A DNA stretch of 64,000 bases from Schmidtea polychroa (lineage: Eukaryota), in assembly GCA_044892525.1 (NCBI GenBank), contig CM097885.1:17858001-17922000 (forward strand). Direction: 5' to 3'. This document shows positions 44,818 to 58,175 of the stretch, in pieces. A program made the translations under genes and the position numbers. How positions within the stretch are numbered: the stretch's first letter is position 1; each line of letters starts with the position of its first letter. The notes below the pieces were generated by a model. The model did no database searches, was not told the DNA's origin, and saw nothing but the letters and a program-made list of their open reading frames with translations.

Positions 44818-45432
44818 CAAATACCTCAAGCGGGAATCATATGGAAAAAATTAAAATTTTTAGAAAGCACTATTTCACATTATTAAATTTTAATACTTAA
44901 TTTTGAATAAAAATGATGTTGATTTTGTAAAAATTATTGTTATTTAGGGAATATAATTCAAAGAATATTTTATGTTTAAGCAATGAATTTTATTGGGCAA
45001 AAACTGCGTCAAAATTTAATTTAAAATTAAACAAAGAAAATGAGCAAAACAAAGACAAAAATCAGAAATATGAAAATAAAAATAAAATAAATAACGCATG
45101 TAAGAAATATTAAAGCTGATTTAATCAGGAAATAGGAATAAAAGATTTAAAAGAATAAGAAAATAAAATAGAAAAATAAAGAAAATATAAATTTAATGGA
45201 AAAAATAATAGAAAATTCTAGAAACTCCAAAAAATCAATCATGGAGTCTCAATTTGGAAAAATTAAGTTAAATATAAAATTTAGAAATATAATTTTTTTT
45301 CAATGAATAATAGTTTTATACTTTATTTTTGTAATCGTTACTTGATCGAAAACATTTATCAGGAGCCGCTAATAAATCTTCAAAGAACCGCATGCGGCTC
45401 GCGAGCCACAGGTTGGCCTCCCATGCTATATA

Positions 45433-46560
45433 CACCCGTTTCCACAATATAAGAGTTTCTATAATCTAAAAAAAAATCGATAAAATTATATTATAGCAAC
45501 ACACAAACTTACCTGTGTGCAAAAATTTAATGTTCCGAATGTAGAAAGTTTTATTATAGGAATTGAGAAAGTGACAGAAAAATAATTTTACATACAAACA
45601 CAGGACACATAATATAAAATACACGCAAATTTAATATAGCTTTTTTTGTTCCGAAAGTAGAGAGTCATTAGCATACTGTTAACATATAATTAATTTAAAA
45701 TTATTAAAATTCATGGCTGAAAAAAATTTGGATTTTGAATCTGAGAACTCAACTTTGAGTTTTTGAGAAATGGACGACAAAACATCGTAAGATCTATTTA
45801 TAAAATATTTGTGAAGTTAATATTTCTTTAGATTTTCAAATATTTCTTTGGAGACATTTCCATTTTGCGAAGGTGAAGATCTGAATTTTTTTATTTAATT
45901 ACAAATAGTTAAAATATTTTACAGCATATCAGATATTTCTAGTCAAACGCCTTTGTGTGAAGATATTCAACAAGTTCCATCGACATCTTTGGAATTGAAG
46001 AAAAAAATTCGAAAATCGTAAATTTTAATAACTAAAAAAAAATAATATTTTCAAAGAATTTCAGAAAATGACAAAATCCGTCTCATCAATGCATATGAAA
46101 ATGGAGAAAATTATAAAGATTTTGGAAGATTACTGGGAATCTCCAAAAAATCGATTGGAACCATTATTTCTTAAAAAAATAAATGTTTTTGGTGATTATT
46201 TTATTTCTTTTTAGTTAAAAATATATATAACTTACATTTTATTGAAATAATTCCAAATTCATAACATATCATAAAATACCTAAAAAAGCACCTGAAATTT
46301 AATTATCAATATATTATAAATATATTATAAATGCTGATTACAAGTAATATTTAAGAGCTTGAATAATGATCTCATAATTATATGAAATCAAAATTCAAGC
46401 CTTAAAATATACTTAAATTTAAAAAACTTACTTCTAAAACCATAAATAAAATTGAATTGAGAATGAAAAAATGAAATAAACATTCTCATAAATGGTGAGT
46501 CATCGATAGATGAACACACCAACATGTATTATAGAGACTTTTAACATGTGGAAACGGGTG
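45433..46560 (+). mobile_element. Non-autonomous Tc1/mariner-type element
   Basis: TA|CACCCGTTTCCACA...TGTGGAAACGGGTG|TA; HTH-like remnant (RISENDKIRLINAYENG...LLGISKKSIGTII) at about 46050-46170. Confidence 0.85.
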
Positions 46561-46898
46561 TATCATGCTCACCGAAGGTAAGTCATTCTGTGACTCAACC
46601 GGCAAGTTAAAATCAAAAAACATATTAATTTTTATTTATATTTCATGTTTTTGCTTTAATTAAAACTTAGATTTTTTCTTGAATAATATTATTTATTTAA
46701 ATTTTTAAATAAATCACTTTCTCACAGTTTTTCGCAATTTTTTTTGTTTGTCTTTGATTCGTGTACATATTCTATTTCTTAAAGTGCTCTTATTTTTGTG
46801 TATTCGTGTGTTATTAAGACTTTTTGTATCTATTTTTATTTTTTATTACAATATCTTGGTTCTCTGCTTGTTCTAGATGGTGTTTCATACTATAGACT

Positions 46899-47560
46899 TG
46901 TTGGGTTTTATGATATCAAAATCAACCCAACGTATATTTGTTTTATAAAAAATTTAAAACTCTCACAATTAATTACACAGCTGGTCAACCACAATTCTCA
47001 CGCAATTTTAGATCGGACTCCGCTCTGGAAGATCTCAACCTCGTACGATTAAAAAATTAATTTTCACCTTTTGATTTAGTTCCACTCTCTGATCCAATCT
47101 CTTTTGACGCGCCTTGTCTAACTTTTCAGTTTTTCCTATAATTCTTTTCTTCTTTTATTCTATTCCTCTAACTCCTAATGTCGGTTTCTTTTTCCCTACC
47201 TAAGGCTATTGCCGATTATGTGAATTTGGAGTTTCCTTATATACTCCCATAATCATTGTAATTGCCCTATTTTTGGCCAAATTGGTTTTGACTTCCTTAG
47301 TTATCATTCCCTAATTAGCTATTTCTGTTGACCCTCTTCCTGATTCCCCTTCTTTTATTTACCCTCGTTTATCCGGCTGTTTGGATAATTGCTCTCTGAC
47401 TTCCCCATTTGTTTATCCTCCCAAATTGCCGCGCTCGGGTTTTCCATTGGGTCGGGCTTCACATTAGCCAATTAATTAATTAATTAATATTTTTTGTTTT
47501 TTATTTGCCTTTTTTACGACTCTTTCTAAACATTTTCTAACAATTTCTTGCTCACTGTCT
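46899..47560. repeat. LTR-like repeat, inverted diverged copy of 58628-59764
   Basis: Begins TGTTGGGTTTT; shares acccaacgtatatt and ctcgggttttccatt...ttagccaattaattaatt with the 59 kb copy. Right boundary uncertain. Confidence 0.6.
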
Positions 47561-49559
47561 TCCTCACCATCGCCTAATTTACCCCTCTCCCGTTTTCCAG
47601 CTTCAATTTCGATAACCTTTCACTTTATTCCACTTCCTCAGGTTTGTGCATTTTTCCATTTTATGTCTGATTGTACCCTTTTATAGTTCGGTTTTTATCA
47701 TATCTTTCTTTGCCATTGCTTCTCTGCTTAACCACCATTCAATTTCGGTTTTCCTTTTAATCTGAACTATATAATTTAATAATTTACTTTCAAACCTCAA
47801 CAGACTTAAATGTTCTTCGTTTCACTAGTGTTGTCTTATCGTACAAGATGAACAGGATGGTATTCAAACTCAGGTTTTGCCCAAGATTATAAATGTCTAA
47901 CTATTTTAATTTGATATAACCCATATAAATATTTTAAAAAGTTCATAAAATTTAGAATTACATCAAAATGAAATTATAACCAAATTATTTAGGTCATAAA
48001 ATCTTAGTTACTATTCATACTAAAATGCAACTACTAATTATATTTTACTTTTAATTTTATGTTCTTATATTATTAAATTTGAATATAAATTTTTTATTTT
48101 AAAGGAATTTGCTAATTTTTTATTTCAAAAAAAATATTATTTTAGACAAAGAAGTAATATATACTTTGTTTTAGTTTACCTCATCCATATTATCTAGTGA
48201 GTTATTTTTAAGTTCTCTGAACCTAATGACCATATTTATTTGATGATATAGATTATTTTGTCTATAAGAAGTTGATTCTGAATATGTGTTTAGAATAAAC
48301 AATTAATTATTTCATATAAAATTCGCGGCATACTGGATGTGAATCTTAGGTAACAATTTTAATTTTGTAATTATGCTTTATTCTAATAATTTTCAATATG
48401 AGGAAAACTAAATAAATTAGCATTTTTTAATTCTGAAGTTTCAAAAAGAATTCATTAACGTTCTTTAATGAGTTCATTTCTGAATTATATTACAAAATTA
48501 AACTGCTAGCAATTAATATTTAACATTTCTTCAATTTATTTTATTGTTAAAATTTTATGGTTAAATCTACTTAAATTCATTTCAAATGTAAGTAATACAA
48601 CAATCTAAGTACTTAGATATTATGTTCTTTGATAAGTGAAATAGTCAGCATAAGTTTGTTCAATTTTGTGATTTGTTTTCATAATCGTGGTTTTCATGGT
48701 TCAACATAAAATCCTATGTGATATAAATATTAACATTTGCCATACATTTAATTTATGTTATTAACGGTACTTTTGCATTATCCCCACCTCCTAATTTAGT
48801 AATAAATATATAATTGAATTTTAAATAATACAATCAATATTAAAATTAATAATAAAGTAAGTTTCATAAATTATTTTTTATTAACCAACATAAAATTTGC
48901 TTATATGTTGGATCATATGGCCAAATACGTCATCTCTATCCACATGATAGTTTTTTTTCAACGTGTACACTTCACGTTAGAAACTTCGATAATCAACAAA
49001 AGGATGTTCAAACCATCCCAATTCGAGGTGCATACATACGAGCACAGAATAACACCAATAGTAAATTAACATTATAATATCATCAATATTTAAGTTTGAA
49101 TCTTCAAAAAAGTATCTTTCCCTATACTATATTCCTTAGCACATGCTTCTGTGCATTTCCATTTTAAACCAAATTTACTCTTAAAACCTTTTTTTCGTTA
49201 TATAAAATTTCCACAAGATCCACAAATTTTCGCTTTCTTGATTAAGAAGTTGTAATCCTCGCAAAATTTTAATGTACCCGCATTATCTTGAAATGTTCTA
49301 TGCGAGTGTTTTGAATCCATAGCTTTGATGGGAGTTGTTGATTCAATAAATTCAGGACAATGGGTTGAATTGTAGTATTTTGACAGCGGCTTCCTAATTG
49401 GTATGGATTATGTAATTTAAATATTAACACTCCTAGTGCCTTGTCCGTCATTTTTGACTGACAGTGCTTTGCCGCTCGCACCAAAACAATTTTTCTCCTC
49501 GTACCGTTAGGATTGTCACAGCAAAGAAAGGAAATACGGAAATATTTTAGTCTACTGAT

Positions 49560-49776
49560 TTTTGTAATAGTTCATATAACTACCCATATTTTAAATAAGC
49601 GAACAGATAATGGAACGGTTGATCGAAAACAGTGCACGTTTTGCTATGCCAAATTATCTTAAGCACAATCCCGCAAAGAGGCTCGTAGAATGAACAAAAA
49701 AGTAAAAACTTATTGTGAGAAATGTGTTGGTCAACCTACAATGTGCTCTGATTGCTTCGCCGACCATCACTCATAA
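49560..49776 (+). mobile_element. piggyBac transposase C-terminal cysteine-rich domain fragment
   Basis: RKQCTFCYAKLS*...KKVKTYCEKCVGQPTMCSDCFADHHS-stop. Confidence 0.7.
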
Positions 49777-49936
49777 ATGCAAATGCCTAAAAATTAACTT
49801 TATAGATTAAAGATGTTTTTTTAATAAATTACAGTTATAAATTAATTATGTATAATTTTTAAGTTTTTATCTATTTTTATCAGTTTATATAAATATATAC
49901 ATCTTGTCCGATGAGTTAATAGAATTCATTAGTTTA

Positions 49937-51623
49937 TTAGTAGTCAAAACGGACCACATCGAGATTTTTCATTAAAAATAGAAGCATCTCAGTTTTGGCT
50001 GGTGTTAAGTTTGATCGACGGTCATCGCATATAAGACCAGCTAAACTGAAGGTTCTTTCACTATCCACGCTGGAAGGAGGAGAAGCACAGAATTGTTTGG
50101 CGACCAGTGCAAGTTGAGGATAGGTGTATTGCCTTGATTTCCAATATTCTATTGGATCTTTTGGAGGCGAGTGTCGTTGGTTGCACGCTTCCGTTAAATA
50201 TGCATCGAGCTGTTGTTGGAGATTACCGGAATCTGTAGAGTTGGATTGTGTAGCTCCAAGCATGTCGTCGTAGTAGCTATCCAAAGCAGATGTGGCTGAT
50301 GAAGATGATGTGGAAGTTGTTGGGCCTGCTGGCACTTCATCACGCGAGTTGTCCGTCGACGTTACAGCATTCATTGCATCCAGAAGCCATTGTTTTGCAG
50401 TGGCAGCAGTTTCCGCGTTAAAGAGACGAAGCTTGTACACTGGATCCAAAGCAGTAGATAACACGCACAACTTATTATTTTCAACGTTAGCATACCTGCG
50501 GCTGAGATCCGCAAGCATTTCAGCACGCATTGTTTGAATGCAGAGGTCGTCACCCTCCTTTGTTGGTCTCGTCAAAACTGCCTGAAGTACACGCACACTT
50601 GGAATAATCATTCCGCTTGTTGCAGTTGACAAACTAGCATTCCGCGTTTCCTCTTCAAATGGACGCAATGTCGACACGACCCTTTCGATTAAGTTCCACT
50701 GATTGTCAGATTGGTGACTTCGTTGTCTTGGATGTAGAGAGCTATTGCTTTTCTCTGTTCGATCAAACGTTCCAACATATAAAACGTGGAGTTCCACCTT
50801 GTCTGTACATCTTGTATCAGGCGGTAGACGGGATATGGGTTTTCCGGCAGCATCTGGCTGAAAAGATTTTTGAATCTCTTCCAGTCGATCATTGGCTAAT
50901 GGTGAATGCCGGAAGTGGGTTACAATGTTGCGGGAAGCTGCAACTGCATCAATGACAGCCTTTTGCGTCTTCTTTAATCCTGCACCCACCACTAACTGAA
51001 TCGTGTGTATGTAGCAGCCTAGATCTGATAAGCCTGCAACACTAGCGGCCTTCACCATGCTTGACCCGTTATCGCGAACGAAGGTTCCACGTCTGCCTGC
51101 ATCAATGTCCCATTCATTCAACAATTCCAATATGGTATCTCCAATCAGCTTACCGGTGTGATGTCAGTTGATTCCTCGAAGTGCCAGCACCACAAATTTG
51201 CGTTTCCAATTGTTGTCGATCCAGTGTGCTGTCAAAGAGAGGAATCCATTTAGGCTGTTGGTGGTTGTCCACACATCACTCGTGAAGCACAGAAGTTTAG
51301 CATCTCCGATGAGATTCTTGACTTTCGACTTCACTGCAGCAAACATGTCCGGTATGATTGTTCTTGAGAAATGAGTCTCGTCTGGAATGACGTATCTGGG
51401 CACCAATTGATGCAGAACACGTCGGAATCCTTCGTCACTGACAATCGAAAATGGCTGACTATCCAAGGCTATCATCTCACCAATTAGTTTCGTTATGAGG
51501 ATCTGACGAGGATGGCCCGATTCAAATGGACGTGTACGTTCAATACATGCATCCAGAGTTTGTAGCTTTGGCTTCTTAGCTGCGGCATTGAGTTGATTTT
51601 CTTCCTCTTGCTGGGGTAGTGCT
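49937..51623 (-). mobile_element. hAT (Ac/ZBED-like) transposase, catalytic and dimerisation portion, pseudogenised
   Basis: MIALDSQPFSIV, TSDVWT, SLTAHWI, RDNGSSM, CYIH, DVQTRWNST, LDP, SSVDSERTFS; one stop (51164) and two compensating frameshifts (about 50840 and 50700). Confidence 0.93.
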
Positions 51624-54600
51624 TGATTGACCTTAACTCATTTACGCACCTGTCCAGGAGATGAGTGTCCATTCATTTACGCTAGGTGTACTCACGTCAA
51701 TCCGGAGCAAGACCCCGCACAACTTGTACTCCAACATAGCACCCGTGAAATGCTCCACGTTGGAAATGTGCTATGCCGGCGAGACACCAGTAAGCAGGTG
51801 AGCCCCTACCTTAGGACTACTCCTTACTGAGGCCTCGACTTCCTCTTTCTGACTGCCGATGGAAGGGCTTACGTCTGATCACCTCACCATTTCCTTTACT
51901 ACCCTGACACCGGGTTATATACAGATTGTCTAATGCTTTTCGAATTAAAGTTCACGCTCGGGTTGTAAGAGCTACTCTGAACCTTTATAATGGCTAATTA
52001 AACAAGAACTAACAATAAGAAATGACGAAAATTTCTTTATTCTACTATCTTAGTACACTATACAGTTAAAACTACAGAACTAATATAAATCAAGGGAAGA
52101 CGGTTTAAGAGAACGTATAAGTCAGAATCGTTCAATTTACTAAATATTATCAATATAGTTGCCTTGGATCGAGATCTTTACTTTTCCCATTCTGCGGCGG
52201 CTAACAACTCCTCCAGCTCAAAAAATTCGGAGGCATTCTCCTCCCAAGTTACACCAGCGGCGGAGATGATTCGCCCTGGGATTCCTACGGTTAAATCGAT
52301 CGTTACCGGGGGATCGTTCGAAGTACTGGAGAGCTCGGCAGATGGTCCACTTTGTTTGGCGATTGCTCGTTCACGCTGACGCTTTTTACGCTCAGCTCTG
52401 GACAACTGTCGACGCTTGGGTTTTGGAACAATCAGGGTGTTTGATGGTACGACAGAGGGAGCCGCGGTCGATGATAACCCTTTCTGGGCCCCAATGGGAG
52501 GCACTATGGTTGGCCTGGGAGAGAGATCGGCTTCCACGCATTCCCGGCAGGGCTTCTTAGCTGAAGATGACGAATTGGAAGGAAGTTCATGATGGACGGG
52601 GAAGAGGTCGTCCGCTTCATTGATGGGTATACTCACTATCTTTCTAGTCGCTGCCGCTTGTACGTAGACTTTGTGTAGAGCCTCGGACTGCTCTTTGATA
52701 AGACTGCGTTGGGCCTTACTCTCACTTATTAAGGCGTCGCGACAGTGCTCGCTTCGGTACAATTTCTTTTGTACCTCCTTCATTTGTACTGGGCTGAACC
52801 ATGTACCTTCCAGATGGTCGATCGCTTTCTTGTATCGACCGATCTGGGCTTGCAAATCCCGGATTATAGAATTCTTATCTGAGCATGAGAAGCAGGGTTT
52901 GAGAGACGACTTCGAGCTTGGTAACATTCTCAATGGCTATAATGAAAGAAACAATAAGGATAAAAATAAGATTCGCTATGTCTTTTAAACCAGCCTGGTG
53001 GCCTAATCATCTATAAATTTTCCTACAAGCTGTACATTAATTTTAATGTGGTCCTAATATATTGATAGGAAGGGAATTATACTAACGGGGGAAGAAGATC
53101 TCTGATTTATTATTATTAAATTCGAATGTCATCTACCGGTCGAGTTGTAAGCCGTGACCCCCTTCCCTTTGGTGCCATGGAGTAACAACAAAAACAAATT
53201 CGTAATTAATTAGATGTGGGGATGTTCAACCTCCTCGTGCAACAATGGGCAACGCCATTGAGCCGATAACTACAATTCCCTCAAATAATATCTTTGGAAA
53301 TAGACAAAACGTAGAAAACAAAGTTTTATTATTAATGCATTCCGATTTCCCCACTAACTAACGCATTATTCCCCCAGGACATAACTCAAAATTTCCACCT
53401 CAACGGGCGGATGCGCAGGCAAAATTAATCTCCACTCAATAGCTACTGGGTCCCTGTTTAATACCAAATTGTTTGGAATATACACTAATCACCTTGCCGT
53501 TATCTATTATTAATGTTCGGAATTACCATTCTGCAAGTTAAAATTTTTAATCTACGATGAAATTAGTTATATGTCGGGAGACACCTGTAATAAGATTAAT
53601 CTCATGAAAATAGTTCGTCATGCCAGATAATGGAAGCATGAGACAGGCAGCCTGCTATCTACCCGAGCCAACCTTGTTGTATGTGCGTGTTTCAATTTCG
53701 GTTCTCAATACTTGTAGCTGACTGGGAAAATACTGCAGGTGGCATATGTGAGTAGGTACTAGTGTGTTAGTGCGTGTGATTTATCTCGTATGTTGGCTCA
53801 TTATCAGAAATTATCGTTTCGCAGATGATCATAATACACCACAGGGTAGAATCAATTCGTGGAATCCATATGTCATCTAGGTTGCTCTCTCATCAAACGC
53901 TAATGTTGGATTTTTTCCCCGCGATGTGTAGTTAATTGTGTTTTCTACTTGGATAACTTTATTTCGTGGTCATTTCCTTCAACTTATTCGAAAAATCTGC
54001 AATTTGACAAGGTCAATCGGAGGTGTCCTTTATTGAAGGGAGTTTATCCTACTGTGAGTGTAATTTTCAGACCACTTCGAAATAATTTGGTTAAAAATAA
54101 AACAGTTTCGTAATACATTTTCTTATTAAAAAATTGTGTTCAATAAATTTCATCTATACTTCTCATGTGAATGTATAGCGTCGACGAATGGGTTAGTACT
54201 CAGTCTCCACAGGTCAGACGGAAATTGACATGCATTTCAACAGAAAAGGGTTTGGTACTCAGAAGATGGAATGTAGATTGGTACACTTAGGCGATTCAGG
54301 CTACTTACGGATATTAGGTAAAGAATTCAAGATGTAACAGCTAAGAACGATGAGTTTTTGAAAAATAAACTTTTGTAGCCACCTCAGTCATTGTTTTTAA
54401 GATCGTTCTCATTTTCAAATCCGAATGGTACTCTATGTTATTGTCAGCTAATTCTTGCAACATTTTAATTCCCTCAGCGACGGACCCGTGAGGAAGCCCC
54501 CACTTTCCGGCCCACGTCAGCTGCGTGATTGAAGAAGTCTGTACCCACCGGCTGAGCTCCCGAAGGCTCCTCACACCATGGTACCGGTCTCCTCAACTCC

Positions 54601-55431
54601 ACGTTACTCAATCATAATTTTCATATAAATTCCATAAAAATCGAAATTATCATACATAGTTATCTACCATAAAAGGTTTTAAATTTCATTACTGAAAATA
54701 CTTGATTATTAAAATATGAGACCAAATGGAGAAAACATTAAAATTTTATTAAAATTTGATAATAAACATTATTACTATTAACTTCCATGAGAAACATTTA
54801 CTCAAATTCATAATAAGAATACATCCTTACTTTATTCTTTATCGATCTGTGATCTCGAAAAGCTGAGTCGAAAAGCTAAATTCGGTTATTGTACTAAGTT
54901 GAAAATCCAATTGTCCCTGACAGTCGTTTATATTGTACGTCGGTGATCGTCTGTAATGGTTGAGTGTTGATCTGTAATGGTGTTTTTTTTTTAAACAGTC
55001 ACTTTTAAATTATGAGCTTACCTGTAATGGTGTTTTTTTTTAAACAGTAACTATATTGAATTTGCTGTTTGCTTATATAGGAATTTTTTGTTTATGCGGA
55101 CCAATCAAAATTGAGTACCGCTTTAACTTTTAAATTAATTTGTTTTTCTTATTTCTTTGGTTGTTTTTCCTTATTTTTCTTTATTTTAATATATTTTTTA
55201 TTTGTTTCTTAAATTCCTCATTATTTGTTGCATTTTTCGTCATTTTATTCCTTATCTTATTACCTTATTTTAATTTTTCTATTTTTTATTTTTTGTTTTA
55301 ATCTTAATATTTTACGTTATTGTTTCTTTTGTCTCTTGATTTATTTATTTTAGCAATTTGTGGTCTTATTTTATTTGCTCGCGTCTTATCTGTCCTAAAT
55401 ATGACGATTATGCTTTCGACTCAGCCCAACA
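51624..55431. mobile_element. 3.8 kb LTR-like insertion splitting the hAT transposase
   Basis: Transposase reading stops at KKRQAEE (55432) and resumes at QALPQQEEE (about 51623). Insert right end is ...cagcccaaca. No TSD found. Confidence 0.7.
52178..52927 (-). CDS. Orphan ORF (about 249 aa) with predicted coiled coil and basic NLS-like tract, inside the insertion
   Basis: Uninterrupted ORF with elevated GC; CxxC, heptad-like region, KPKRRQLSRAERKKRQRER, acidic tail. Confidence 0.55.
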   Translation of the reverse strand: MLPSSKSSLKPCFSCSDKNSIIRDLQAQIGRYKKAIDHLEGTWFSPVQMKEVQKKLYRSEHCRDALISESKAQRSLIKEQSEALHKVYVQAAATRKIVSIPINEADDLFPVHHELPSNSSSSAKKPCRECVEADLSPRPTIVPPIGAQKGLSSTAAPSVVPSNTLIVPKPKRRQLSRAERKKRQRERAIAKQSGPSAELSSTSNDPPVTIDLTVGIPGRIISAAGVTWEENASEFFELEELLAAAEWEK

Positions 55432-55659
55432 CTCTTCAGCTTGTCGTTTCTTTGCAGAATCACACGCCTGTGAATATTCTTTGTACTTGTCCGGATGTTT
55501 AGAACGTAGGTGGTTGATTAATGTTGTTGTTCTGTATGATCTTGGATCCTTGCCCCCACGTTTCATTTTCATTCTACATGTCCCACAGTTAGCAAAAGAT
55601 TCATCCACAGCGTTGATTTCAAAGAAATTCCAAATTTTACTTCTCATAGCATTAGCCAT
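55432..55659 (-). mobile_element. hAT transposase N-terminal BED zinc finger
   Basis: SKIWNFF...ANCGTC...TTTLINHLRSKH. Confidence 0.9.
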
Positions 55660-56715
55660 ATTTATTTAATTTCATTTATTTTTAATATTTAAATCTAATT
55701 TATTAATTTTGTTGAAGAAATATATTTAAAATTTTCGATTTCAAATTTGATGGGCTTTTATATATATTATGTACACTGGGGAGGGGTATGGAGCTATGGA
55801 GATTTTCGCATGTGATGATGTGGAAAGTGAATCGGATGCTCAACTGGCAGTTCGGCTCAGTCTAATATTTTACCTAATGAATAAATCATTCATTTATGAC
55901 ACACAATTTTATGACAGAAAAATGACACAATTATTTCTATATAATTTTATAATAAGTATTATTGTCGATAAAGTCGATAGGTACGGTATACGAACATCAT
56001 CGTGCATGACATTGACATATGCACTCGGTTGAACTGCATACACGCGCGTGGCATCTTGTGCTGCTTCCATCAGGCATGCAATAAGATTGGAGAGTCGACA
56101 TACAGAGACGATAGATGACATAATAAATTTAAATGTGCTCAACATTAATTTAAATGTGTAGATTATGTGGTATTTCTCTCTTGACAGTAGTCAAGTCTAA
56201 TAGTGCCCAAGCAATAAATTTCGGACAGAGTAAAATTATTATTAGGCCTATTAGATTGCGATCGGTAATTGATTGTGGTATTACAGTAGCCTCAGCCTCG
56301 CAAGCCATGCCTATTCAAGCACCTGCCCCCCGATATCGTGGCTCGAATCAATCGAGATTATGCTAAGAATAGTCGGAGATTGACGTATAGGGCTGCTATA
56401 GTGTAGAGAATATAGATGCATGAACATGAACGGCTATTGTGTACACAGCGACACAGCCACGGCTAGGCTAGACTTGTCAGTGTTCGTATGAAATAGCCGT
56501 AGAAAGGAAAATCGATAGTAAAAAAAATGAACAACAACAACTAAGATTTTATTTACTTTCATTGTTTGCGTGTCGCCATTAATTTTAATGTAAATAATCA
56601 CGGAACAATAATAATTTATTATCGCTCAAGCAAAATTTCACTATTTGGATCGTACAGGGTCTATTGCCGAAGTCCGAAGTTTCCGAAGTGTTTGAACTTT
56701 GGTCCGAATCGAAGT

Positions 56716-58175
56716 TCAAATCAAAGTTCGGCAGGCCATTAATCTGGACAAAGAATTGAATAATGTTTGGGGATCTGCCGTTGGAAAGCTGAATTTTTCA
56801 GTAACTTCATTAACCTTCCTAGAAATTTTGACACATCCTGATTGATCCGTCTTTCTTACCAACGACGACGTAGGTGAATTCCACAGGCTTTGGCATTTCT
56901 TGATAATGCCCATTTTCAATAATTTCATAATCATATCGTCCACATTTGATTCCATCTGTAGTGCCATGCACATATGTGTAACCAAACTAGTACAGCCTAG
57001 ATCAAAATCTGATGCCATGAAGATCGTACTATACATGGTTACCAACTCCGCCAGTTTGGGTCTGAATTTGGTCCAAAAAAAATCCAGCGCTTTTTGACAT
57101 CGTTCAGTTTCACTGTAGCTAATACCAACTGTATCTGAATCTACTATTGCAATTGACGTATCTAAAGCCTAAATCAAATTCATACTACCCACAAAACTTG
57201 GACTTATATCCCTAACCACAATTACATTCACTTTCTGACAATTCATTCCAAGCATGATATCGGTTTATTTCTAAACGCCTCCCTGAGCGCCATATCAAAC
57301 GATTTTAAAACTGGACTGCCACACTTTCTCCATATGGCCTTTGACATTATCGTTTCCGACGCACATGTATTCAACATCTCAATCACTATTCCACAGAATT
57401 GAACAAAACTCCACCACCTTTCCATCCATCTCCTTGAACCTCATACATTTAGATTTTTTTGTGTTCACATTTAATTCAACGACTCCACAGACGAAAAGTT
57501 TGCCATGGAGCGTATCTCGTATAAAGGACGGTCTTTGACATTCCCTATGACTTCCTGTAATCGATCCTATTTCATTTACTTCAGATTCTGACGTGACATC
57601 ATTTTCAAGTCTTCATACGAATAAGTCAGATTTCCTAAATTATTTTCATGGATATAGAGAGGGCAGTTATTAAAAAATGTTCATTTACCGCATATTAAAC
57701 AGCACTTGTTTAAAGGACAATTGTTCAGAATATGACCTGATTCTCCACAACAGTAACATTGTCCGGGTTGTAAAGGTCGAAATTCTGGTTCCGGTAATCC
57801 TTTTGCTTTGTTGTAAACTCGTCTTGCAATATGTTTCAAAGAAACCGTCGGCCTATTGGGTCTCATTAACCAATAAACTTTCTGAGCTTCGCCTTCTTTC
57901 AGTACCATGTTGTCTATTGTCATAATTGTCGTAACTTCTTTTTTTACTGACATACGGGCTAGTCTCTGGAACTTAATCAATGGTTTGAACATTTTGCCTT
58001 ACTAGAATTTTATTCCATGTTACCGATGCATAAGACGATTTTCTGCCAATACAAATACCTCTGGTGTCTTCTGTATGTAACATATTTCAAAATAGACATT
58101 CGATTTCTCTATTTCAGTAAGAGATACTTCTGGGTTCATTGCAATTGCATCCTTAACTTTTTCTGAATACTTACA
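56716..58175 (-). mobile_element. Degenerate Gypsy relic (gag end, protease region, RT start)
   Basis: CYCCGESGHILNNC knuckle, T-TTA-AAC slippery heptamer at 57714-57708, DLGCT, GII...SLWNSP, EVTEKFSFP. Confidence 0.75.

Noticed and set aside
50292..52988. Plus-strand ORFs overlapping the transposase and orphan ORF
   Set aside because: Antisense shadows of GC-rich coding sequence with no motifs.
56660..56720. Short CCGAAGT repeats as a possible CRISPR-like array
   Set aside because: Too short and irregular in a eukaryotic context; resembles transposon subterminal repeats.
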